Shown one piece after another: positions 17,299-24,773 of a stretch of 36,698 nucleotides of DNA (position 1 is its first letter; each line of letters begins with the position of its first letter). Origin of the DNA: an uncultured archaeon (lineage in GTDB: Archaea; Aenigmatarchaeota; Aenigmatarchaeia; CG10238-14; SCSR01); contig CAYYVK010000002.1 of the NCBI GenBank assembly GCA_964475145.1, positions 1 through 36,698 of the forward strand. The letters run 5' to 3'. The position numbers and the translations under genes were made by a program. Under the pieces are notes generated by a model that had not been told where the DNA came from, searched no databases, and saw nothing but the letters and a program-made list of their open reading frames with translations.

Positions 17299-17332
17299 TT
17301 AGTGTAATATAGAACACTAAATATTTAAAGTT
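17299..17332 (-). promoter_or_regulatory. TATA-like box plus palindrome upstream of the 103-aa ORF and cdc48
   Basis: On the coding strand, CTTTAAATAT lies 23-32 nt upstream of the ATG. TTAGTGT-8 nt-ACACTAA (17299-17320) abuts the ATG. Confidence 0.35.
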
Positions 17333-17337
17333 TTCTG

Positions 17338-18159
17338 TTAAGCATGAATCTCTACAACATCCTTGTCCTTTAACGAGTACTCCAAGCCAACCTTCCTTCC
17401 TGAAAACTTTGAATCGTCAAAAATTCTGGCAAACTTAAAAGTTTTTATCCAACTTCTGTTAACTTTTTCCATAAAATCTTTTAGCGAGCTACCTTCTTTC
17501 ATCACTACAGGTTTGCTTTCTACAGGCTTACCAACAGGCTTGGCAAAAACTCTAACTATCTTACATTCTTTTAAAATTTCATTCAAAAGCTTCTGATAGT
17601 CTTTACAGCTACTAAGCCAAACAATTCTTTTCTTCTCTCCAAGATTGTTCTCTTCCAAAACTTTGTACAGCTTTTCTGAATCTTTTTCTTCTCTTACAAG
17701 GAGCAGTAACAAATCAGAAGCATGAGCTATTGTCATATGTTTCCTAAGGAAGAAGGAAGGTATTTCTACAAGTTGGACGCTTACTCCTTCAAAGAAGCAA
17801 ACGCCTGTAATAGGTTCTTTTGTTGTATAGGGTACATTACTAACCTCAACAGAAGCGTTTGTTAAATTTCTCAGCAAAGTACTTTTTCCGCTTTGAGTTA
17901 AACCAATTATTGAAACGAGCAAATCACCAGTTTTCTTTATAGTTTCAGTCTTTCTTCCAGCTTTTCTAGACTTTCTTTCTATCTCGTCTTCAAGCTTAGA
18001 AAGCTTTTTTCTCAGGTCTCCTAGTAAGTTTTCTGTCCCTTTGTGCTTTGGAGTAACTGATATGAGCTTTTTCAGCAGTTCTCTCTTCTTCTTCAAATCT
18101 TTCGTTTTTCTGTATTCTTCTTCCACCAAGTACCATTCAGCTGGCAAGTTTGCAGGCAT
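17338..18159 (-). CDS. Short DRG/Rbg-like P-loop protein with C-terminal TGS domain and degenerate G3/G4
   Basis: N-terminal helix resembles DRG (KGTENLLGDLRKKLSKLEDEIE). G1 is GLTQSGKST and G2 is YTT. The G3 position reads VEIPS instead of DxPG, and no NKxD is present. TGS-like tail KFARIF..GRKVGLEYSLKDKDVVEIH. It has 273 aa against about 365 aa for canonical DRG. Confidence 0.65.
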   Translation of the reverse strand: MPANLPAEWYLVEEEYRKTKDLKKKRELLKKLISVTPKHKGTENLLGDLRKKLSKLEDEIERKSRKAGRKTETIKKTGDLLVSIIGLTQSGKSTLLRNLTNASVEVSNVPYTTKEPITGVCFFEGVSVQLVEIPSFFLRKHMTIAHASDLLLLLVREEKDSEKLYKVLEENNLGEKKRIVWLSSCKDYQKLLNEILKECKIVRVFAKPVGKPVESKPVVMKEGSSLKDFMEKVNRSWIKTFKFARIFDDSKFSGRKVGLEYSLKDKDVVEIHA

Positions 18160-18241
18160 AATTAATAGTTTGTGCTTTGTTTTTATTCTAACGGAAGTAA
18201 GGGAAGGATAAAGTTAAAAGCTTTCCTACCAAACTTTTTTT

Positions 18242-18901
18242 ATGTTTGATTTTGATAAGCTGTTGGAAAAACATATAGCAAGAGAGCATAAGCCCAAAAA
18301 GATAGGAAAGTACTATCCTTCTGAGGTCGGCAATTGTTTGAGGAAAGTCTGGTACTCTTACAAGTATCCACAAGAAATAGATATAAACAAACAGAAGATT
18401 TTTGAAGTTGGAAACATGATTCACGCTTTTGTAATAGATGTTTTGAAGAACACTAGAAATGAGAAGATAAAGCTATTGAAAAGTGAGCTCCCTTTTGACA
18501 TGAGAATAGATAAGTTTCAAGTTTCTGGGAGAGTAGACGACCTACTTTTGCTGAAAGTGGAAAACAAGAAATTGCTTGTCGAGGTCAAATCTTGCAAGAA
18601 CGTGGAAGCAGTTAAAAAGCCCCATTTTAATCACAAACTCCAACTACAGTTTTACATGTATGCTACTGGAGTGCATGATGGTGCTATGCTTTATATTGAC
18701 AAGAACAACTTGAAAAGTAAAGTTTTCCCAGTAGATTTCGATCGTCAGGAAGCAGAGAAAATAGTAGAAAGGTTTAAGTTGTTACATACTTCCCTTCTTT
18801 CAAACAAGCTGCCACCTGCTGAAGGTATGGAGAATGAGGAGATGAAAGGCTTTTGTAGGTATTGTGAGTATGTAGATAAGTGTAAGCGGAATGAGACCTG
18901 A
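18242..18901 (+). CDS. Cas4-like PD-(D/E)xK nuclease with a 4-Cys cluster (orphan)
   Basis: N-terminal Cys in SEVGNCLRKVWY. GRVDDL, LVEVKS (E-x-K) and the QxxxY motif in QLQFYMY. C-terminal CRYCEYVDKC. No cas genes are adjacent. Confidence 0.7.
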   Translation: MFDFDKLLEKHIAREHKPKKIGKYYPSEVGNCLRKVWYSYKYPQEIDINKQKIFEVGNMIHAFVIDVLKNTRNEKIKLLKSELPFDMRIDKFQVSGRVDDLLLLKVENKKLLVEVKSCKNVEAVKKPHFNHKLQLQFYMYATGVHDGAMLYIDKNNLKSKVFPVDFDRQEAEKIVERFKLLHTSLLSNKLPPAEGMENEEMKGFCRYCEYVDKCKRNET

Positions 18902-19193
18902 CTGATTTTGCATTCTTTAGCAAGAATTAAGTATGTTTAAGTTTTTAATGGAAAATGTAAAATAATTTTATTCTTTTAACAACTAAATTTTGAGGTTAAA
19001 AACACTGAAAGGTTTCAGGGCTCTATATCAGAAGATTGATTTTTGTTTGAATTGAAGTTGTAATTCTTTTTGTTTCTATGAAATTCGTTATCAAACCCTT
19101 ATTCAAAAGGGTAAGAAGCAAGGAGATAAATCTTTTCTATCTGGTCTTGAATTATTTTCCAAGTAACTCATGCTAGAACTATATTTCCTTCAG

Positions 19194-19592
19194 CTATTTA
19201 TATCTTTGCTTTAAAATGAAAATATACTTCATCGGCACAAAAGCTTCTAAATCACTTTCATAAGCACAATCTGTACAACGATAACCAACAACAATTTCCT
19301 TGTTCAACAAGTTTTTTACTTTTATTGGTTTAACAGGAGAGTCGCAAATTGGACATTTTTCTATTTTCAAAAGTCCAACCTTTTTCTTAGTTTTTGCTTT
19401 AACTTCTATTTCTGGTATCTCTAGCGCAATCCTTTTAACTCTTGTTGGCGATAGCGTATATTCTTTGTCTTCTTTTCTTAACTGCTTTAAAACTAGTTCA
19501 CACAGCTCTTCTTGCGATTCAACCTTGAGCCTAGACGAAAGTACAGACTTGATAACTTGAGCAACTTTTTCTTTAGGGGCAATCTTCTTCAT
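19194..19592 (-). CDS. Hypothetical protein with C-terminal zinc ribbon
   Basis: 132 aa. A helical, basic N-terminal half is followed by CPICDS...(22 aa)...CTDC. No family recognised. Confidence 0.5.
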   Translation of the reverse strand: MKKIAPKEKVAQVIKSVLSSRLKVESQEELCELVLKQLRKEDKEYTLSPTRVKRIALEIPEIEVKAKTKKKVGLLKIEKCPICDSPVKPIKVKNLLNKEIVVGYRCTDCAYESDLEAFVPMKYIFILKQRYK

Positions 19593-19682
19593 AATTACAA
19601 TTCTGTAACTAGCATTTAAAAGCTTCTGCTTGAAGCTATATTTTTTGTTACAAAAATTTTTAAATTCTTTAAAATTCTTACT

Positions 19683-19874
19683 TTGGTGTGGGTCTTGAAG
19701 GAGGAAGTATACGTCACTACTATAAGAAAAATTCTTGGACCAGAACCTACTTGCTATTGCCCTAAGAGGAAAGAAAAAGTTCCTAGCGATTTATGCTTAA
19801 GGTGCAGCGAGTTTGTAGGAGATGCTGGTTGCACTTACGAGAAGAAGGCATATTGGCGTTTAAGCAAGAGATAG
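19683..19874 (+). CDS. Possible small Cys-rich protein (63 aa)
   Basis: TTG or GTG start. Cys pattern CYCP...CLRC...GC. The last 15 nt overlap the 3' end of the convergent protease gene. Weak call. Confidence 0.3.
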   Translation: MVWVLKEEVYVTTIRKILGPEPTCYCPKRKEKVPSDLCLRCSEFVGDAGCTYEKKAYWRLSKR

Positions 19875-20729
19875 CAAGAATCCTGCAAGCATTCCTGCAG
19901 AAATGACTGGAAGTGCGGGCAAAGCTTTACCAGGCCTTTTGACAGTAAAGTAGAGCAAAGCAGCAAGAGCTATGAAAGAGCCGAATATTGTAGATATTGC
20001 ATTCAACAAGCTAAACTTTCTGAGAACAGAAACAGAGAAGAGCAAGGGAACTAGAATGTCGCCGCCACCTAACTGGAACACATGAGCTTTTATTCTCTTC
20101 TTACTCCCGCTGTAATCTATCTTGATGGGTTTTTTGAACTTGTAAGGGAAAGAAAAAGTGAAAGCACTATCACTTTCTATTAGTGCTTTTGCCATGTACA
20201 CCATATGCTTTGTGACAAAGACTGAAAGAAAATCGTAAACAGAAAGGATTACTACAAAGATCATAGCTGGTAGAACATCTATAGAAGCGCCTATCACTCC
20301 TCCTGCTCCTGCTATTGCAAATATTGTTGCTAAAGTTTTGTTTATATGATTTGGTCTAAGGATTCGCCAAAGAGTTAAAGCAAGAGCGAGGATAATTCCA
20401 AAGGAAATCATCACATCAAACAGAACAACTCCAAATGGAATTATTGCATCAAAAGCTAGCCAAGAAGAGAAGAAAACTGCAAAAAGTTCTAATCCACGCA
20501 ATAAAATGTTTTTTATACGAAAGAAGCGGATGAGTGCTAGAACTAGAACTGTGGTTATTATCACGTATATAAAAATTCTTAATCCACTTAAAGGAGATTC
20601 AGGATTTTCTACTACAGGAGGCACTACACCTGATCGAATAAAACTTATGTATTGAATGCCAACATAAAGACCAATCACTTGAGTGATCAAGGATATACTA
20701 ACAAACCAAAAAATTACCTTTTCTTCCAT
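19860..20729 (-). CDS. Presenilin/signal-peptide-peptidase-like intramembrane aspartyl protease (A22 family)
   Basis: Polytopic, 289 aa. It has the YD motif (LSVYDFLSVF), GxGD (QLGGGDILVP) and PAL (KALPALPVISAG), in the canonical order. Confidence 0.75.
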   Translation of the reverse strand: MEEKVIFWFVSISLITQVIGLYVGIQYISFIRSGVVPPVVENPESPLSGLRIFIYVIITTVLVLALIRFFRIKNILLRGLELFAVFFSSWLAFDAIIPFGVVLFDVMISFGIILALALTLWRILRPNHINKTLATIFAIAGAGGVIGASIDVLPAMIFVVILSVYDFLSVFVTKHMVYMAKALIESDSAFTFSFPYKFKKPIKIDYSGSKKRIKAHVFQLGGGDILVPLLFSVSVLRKFSLLNAISTIFGSFIALAALLYFTVKRPGKALPALPVISAGMLAGFLLSLA

Positions 20730-20761
20730 TTTAATATTTTTGCTTTCTAAGCAGAAAACTT

Positions 20762-23038
20762 TTAATAGCTTTTACCTTTCTTTAGCTCAATCAAGATTTC
20801 TCTTTCAGCTTCTGCTACAGCCTTTCTCACATTATCTAAAGCGTCTATGTTACAAGATACGCTATTTATTCCAAACTTTACTAGCTTTTTAACCATCTCT
20901 GGATTGCTACCACTCTCGCCACATATAGAACTTTCTACTCCATACCTGTTACAAGTTTCTATAACTTCTTTCATCATCCTTAACACAGCAGGATGGAATT
21001 CTGAATATAAGCTGGCAATCTTTGCATTGTTTCTATCTACACCTAGGGCAAGCATAGTCAAGTCGTTAGAGCCAATGCTTGCAAAGTCTATTCCTGCTTT
21101 GCAAAAATCTTCTATACTCAAGGCAGCTGCCACAGTTTCTACCATTATTCCAATTCTAACTGTAAGCGGCAAGTCTACTTCGTTCGCAATTTTTCTAGCT
21201 TTTTCAAATTCCTCTACCGAAACGACAAAAGGAAGCATTATATGAACGTTCGTCAAACCTTCTTCATGCAACCTTTTAATAGCTTCAAATTCTGCTTTAA
21301 GAAGTTCAGGCTCGTCCAGACTTCTTCTTATGCCGTGCCAACCAAGCATTGGGTTTGCTTCTATCGGCTCATCACTCCCACCCTCTAAGTTCCTGAATTC
21401 ATCAGTTCTTGCATCCAGAGTTCTTACCCAGACAGGCTTATCCTTAAAAGCTTTTGCAATTGGTCTTATACCATCTAACAAAATTCTTATATACTCTTCT
21501 TTTTTTCCTTCTTTTATCAACTTAGCAGGATGTATGCCATATTTAGCAATCATATGCTCTATTCTAAGAAGCCCAACCCCATCAGCTTTTGTTGCTATTT
21601 CTTCTAGCTTATCAAGAGCGAAAGCAAGGTTCACTTTTACTTGGGTAACTGTTGGTAAACTAACAGGCACTATTTCCTTTTTAGCTTTCTCTACAGCAAC
21701 TTCTCCTGGATATACTACCCCATTATAAGCATCCACAGTTATAATTTCTCCGTCCTTTAAGACTGAAGTAGCGTTTTTAGTTCCAACTATACAAGGAATG
21801 CCCATTTCTCTTGCAACTATTGATGCATGACAGTTTACACCACCTTCATCTGTTATTATTGCAGAACACTTACTCATGGTTGGAACTAAGTCGGGAGACG
21901 TCATCTTAGTTACAAGGATATCACCTTTTTCTACTTTTTCTATGTCATCAAGATTTTTTACTATCCTAACTCTACCTGTAGCAATTCCAGGTGAAGAGCC
22001 AAGTCCTTTTAGGATTGGCTCGCCAGCAATCTTTGCTTCTTCCTTCTTAGCTTCTGTAGTCACTGCTCTTGTCTGGACTATGTAGACTTTACTTTTTTCG
22101 ATTGCAAATTCTACGTCTTGAGCTCTACCATAATACTTTTCTAAAATTTTCCCAAAATCTACAAGTTGCAAGATTTCATTCTCAGCTAGCACTTGAGCTT
22201 CTACAAACTCCTTTGGCACAGGTACTGTGACAGTAGTGTCAGAAGCAAGGTCTCTAATCCTTTTGATAGTCTTCTTTCCTATTTTCTTGCTGATAATTTT
22301 CCCGTCTTTCGAGACAACATACAAGTCAGGCTCAACTTCACCTTGCACAAGAGTTTCTCCAAGTCCCCAACAAGCTTCTATGACTACATTGTCTTCTCCT
22401 GTAACAGGGTTTTTTGTAAACATCACTCCAGACTTGTCTGAATTTACCATGCGTTGGACTATTACTGATATGCTGGTGTGCGGAATGTTACTTTTTGCTC
22501 TGTAAAAAATGGCTCTTGGCTCGTAGAGTGAAGCCCAACATTCTTTTACTTTTTGTAGAAGTTCTTTGACTCCTTTAACGTTTAGAAAGGAAGCTTGTTG
22601 ACCCGCAAATGAAAACTCAGGCATGTCCTCGGCTGTAGCACTGCTTCTAACAGCAACTATAGCAAACTCTCTTCCAGCAGCTATAAGCTTTCTCAACCTT
22701 TCGTCTATTATCTTATCAGAAAAGGAAAGTGAATTGTATGCCTCAACTATAGCAGCTTTTATTTTTTCTGGGATTTCTTGCGAAGTTATCAGGGACTTTA
22801 TCTCTTCAGAAGCTTTTAAAAGCTGTTTTGTATCTTCTACATTTGTAGCAGCGAGTATTTCATATATCTTATCTCTTATTCCCGTAGAATAGATGAAATC
22901 GTCAAAAGCTTTTGTAGTTATGGCAAAACCTTCTGGTACTGGTAAGCCAAGTTTAGTCATGATTCCAAGATTAAACCCTTTACCGCCAACAAGGTTAAAC
23001 TGGTCTTCTTTGATTTGGTCAAGCCAGAGAATGTACAT
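20762..23038 (-). CDS. ppsA: Phosphoenolpyruvate synthase (pyruvate, water dikinase)
   Basis: 758 aa with an N-terminal ATP-grasp (GGKGFNLG), the phospho-His swivel domain (GGVNCHASIVAREMGIP) and a C-terminal PEP-utilising TIM barrel. Confidence 0.92.
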   Translation of the reverse strand: MYILWLDQIKEDQFNLVGGKGFNLGIMTKLGLPVPEGFAITTKAFDDFIYSTGIRDKIYEILAATNVEDTKQLLKASEEIKSLITSQEIPEKIKAAIVEAYNSLSFSDKIIDERLRKLIAAGREFAIVAVRSSATAEDMPEFSFAGQQASFLNVKGVKELLQKVKECWASLYEPRAIFYRAKSNIPHTSISVIVQRMVNSDKSGVMFTKNPVTGEDNVVIEACWGLGETLVQGEVEPDLYVVSKDGKIISKKIGKKTIKRIRDLASDTTVTVPVPKEFVEAQVLAENEILQLVDFGKILEKYYGRAQDVEFAIEKSKVYIVQTRAVTTEAKKEEAKIAGEPILKGLGSSPGIATGRVRIVKNLDDIEKVEKGDILVTKMTSPDLVPTMSKCSAIITDEGGVNCHASIVAREMGIPCIVGTKNATSVLKDGEIITVDAYNGVVYPGEVAVEKAKKEIVPVSLPTVTQVKVNLAFALDKLEEIATKADGVGLLRIEHMIAKYGIHPAKLIKEGKKEEYIRILLDGIRPIAKAFKDKPVWVRTLDARTDEFRNLEGGSDEPIEANPMLGWHGIRRSLDEPELLKAEFEAIKRLHEEGLTNVHIMLPFVVSVEEFEKARKIANEVDLPLTVRIGIMVETVAAALSIEDFCKAGIDFASIGSNDLTMLALGVDRNNAKIASLYSEFHPAVLRMMKEVIETCNRYGVESSICGESGSNPEMVKKLVKFGINSVSCNIDALDNVRKAVAEAEREILIELKKGKSY

Positions 23039-23070
23039 AAACTAATTTTTGTTTTAGTTTGTTAAAAAGT

Positions 23071-23589
23071 TTATTCACTCACTATTATTCTCGTTCTAAC
23101 AGAAATTTTTGAAGAGAATTTCTTTAACGCTTCCTTAGCTACTTCAAGGTTTTTCTTGTTTACAGCCAACATTACAAGCTTTTTACCTTTTTTAGCTTGG
23201 ACTGCAGTTCCGACAGGCTTACCAAAGGCTTGAGCCATTCCTCGAGAGTACCTGTCTGCTCCAGCTCCAGTTGCTATAGGCTTTTCTCTGAGCACATGAT
23301 GAGGATAAACGAGGATTTTCATGAAATAGTTTTGTGAGCCAAGCTTTGATTCTAGAAACTTATGGGCAATTACACGAGCAGCTTCTATTGCATTATCTCT
23401 TATTTGGGCATTGTCTTCTGACACAAGGTAGCAAGTTATTTCGAAAACACCATCTTTTAATCCCATTTCAAACTGACGAGTCTTAGGAAAAGGTACGCCT
23501 ACCACATAACTTTTTCTAGGAACCTTTTTTGATACCCTAGTGTAAGGCCTTTCTATACTTCTTACAGTTCTGCCTGGTCTTAGAGCCAT
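23071..23589 (-). CDS. rpl10e: Ribosomal protein uL16 (L10e)
   Basis: 172 aa starting MALRPGRTVRSIERPYTR, with GAGADRYSRGMAQAFGKP. This is typical archaeal L10e. Confidence 0.92.
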   Translation of the reverse strand: MALRPGRTVRSIERPYTRVSKKVPRKSYVVGVPFPKTRQFEMGLKDGVFEITCYLVSEDNAQIRDNAIEAARVIAHKFLESKLGSQNYFMKILVYPHHVLREKPIATGAGADRYSRGMAQAFGKPVGTAVQAKKGKKLVMLAVNKKNLEVAKEALKKFSSKISVRTRIIVSE

Positions 23590-23640
23590 TCAAACCACTT
23601 AACACTAATTAGAAATCATTCTTATAAATCTTTTGTTCAT

Positions 23641-24507
23641 CTAAGCTGTTAGAAAGCTCCACCACGGCTTTTCTACGCTAATTACTATTCCAGTTTGTGC
23701 ATCTATTGTTGTTTTGACTGGAAGTGTGACTGGAATTAACCAGAGTAATTTTGCGCTCTTTTCACCAGCAACCTCATAAACTACTCTTTCTCCTAAAACT
23801 TTCAGTTCTGTTTTCTTTATTTTTTGTTGGACTTTAGAGATAGCAACTTGGGTTGCTTTAGCTGGTAAGACGCTAACTTGGACATCTCCTTTTGGTGTTT
23901 CTACTTTTATTTCTTTCTCCTCAACTTTTATACTTTCTTTGGTTATTGCTGTAGTGTTTTCATGCTCAATTCTTATTAGTTTGTTTTCCTTGTCTATTTG
24001 AATGGTTATTGCTGTTAACTTACCGGGAGTTTCCGTTTCTACTTCCACATAAATTTTTGGTGTTTCGTTCTCTAGCCCTTTGAACTTAACTGGCACTTCG
24101 TTGACTGAGATAGGATCTTCTTTTGTTAGGTTAATTTCAACTTTAGCTGTTGTTGGAAATGCGACTACTGTTGGAAATGCGGTTCCAATTGGTTGTTTGC
24201 AGTCTTCAGGACAAGTTTCAGGTGTTTCAGGACACGGACAACCTATTGCCATACAGACGATTTCTTGGCAAACACCATCTCCACACAAATCTTTACATCC
24301 TGGTATTCTTTCAGCTTCAGAGGACTTTTTGATTTCAATTTCAACAGGTTTGACGATTTGAGGTTGAAACGGGACATTTGTAGGAATTACTTGTTGTGGG
24401 ATTTCAACCAAGGAAGATTGCTGTGGTTGGGCAATGTGCGTAGAACAAACAGTTGCTAGCAGAAGAATGAAGATCAGCCAAGGCTTCCTGAACAACTTAG
24501 ATTCCAT
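23641..24507 (-). CDS. Secreted protein with a compact Cys-rich module
   Basis: Signal peptide (PWLIFILLLATVCSTHIA). Nine Cys within 33 aa (CKDLCGDGVCQEIVCMAIGCPCPETPETCPEDC). Beta-rich repeats and the C-terminal tail KPWWSFLTA. Confidence 0.5.
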   Translation of the reverse strand: MESKLFRKPWLIFILLLATVCSTHIAQPQQSSLVEIPQQVIPTNVPFQPQIVKPVEIEIKKSSEAERIPGCKDLCGDGVCQEIVCMAIGCPCPETPETCPEDCKQPIGTAFPTVVAFPTTAKVEINLTKEDPISVNEVPVKFKGLENETPKIYVEVETETPGKLTAITIQIDKENKLIRIEHENTTAITKESIKVEEKEIKVETPKGDVQVSVLPAKATQVAISKVQQKIKKTELKVLGERVVYEVAGEKSAKLLWLIPVTLPVKTTIDAQTGIVISVEKPWWSFLTA

Positions 24508-24565
24508 AAATAAAATTTAGGAGAGAAGCCATAAAAATATTTCTACCAAAAGCTAATATAAGAGT

Positions 24566-24772
24566 ATGAAGCCTGAAGAAGTTTTTGGTGTAAATGCAGG
24601 GAAAGTATGGAATGTTCTAAAGACAAAAGGTATGCTTACAGCTTCGCAAATCTCTAAGGAGACAGGACTAAAGGTCACAGACGTTTTAGGTGCGCTTGGC
24701 TGGCTAGGCAGAGAAGGAAAGATAGAGATATTAGAAGAGAAGAAAAAAATCTTGTACAAGCTGAAAGAATAG
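24566..24772 (+). CDS. Small winged-helix protein (DUF2582-like)
   Basis: 68 aa. The pattern NAGKVWNVL...ASQISKETGL...VLGALGWLGREGKIEI matches what I recall for this wHTH family. Confidence 0.6.
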   Translation: MKPEEVFGVNAGKVWNVLKTKGMLTASQISKETGLKVTDVLGALGWLGREGKIEILEEKKKILYKLKE

Positions 24773-24773
24773 T

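Noticed and set aside
18188-18424. A 78-aa minus-strand ORF overlapping the Cas4-like start and promoter region.
   Set aside because: It overlaps a well-supported plus-strand gene, and its translation is hydrophobic low-complexity sequence from AT-rich DNA.
20847-22892. Plus-strand ORFs of 69-132 aa inside ppsA.
   Set aside because: For the same reason: the minus strand encodes a full-length PEP synthase, and the plus-strand frames are Ser/Leu-rich shadows.
24553-24759. A 68-aa minus-strand ORF opposite the wHTH gene.
   Set aside because: The plus-strand product matches a known small winged-helix pattern (GALGWLGREGKIEI). The minus-strand frame is a Ser/Phe-rich shadow.
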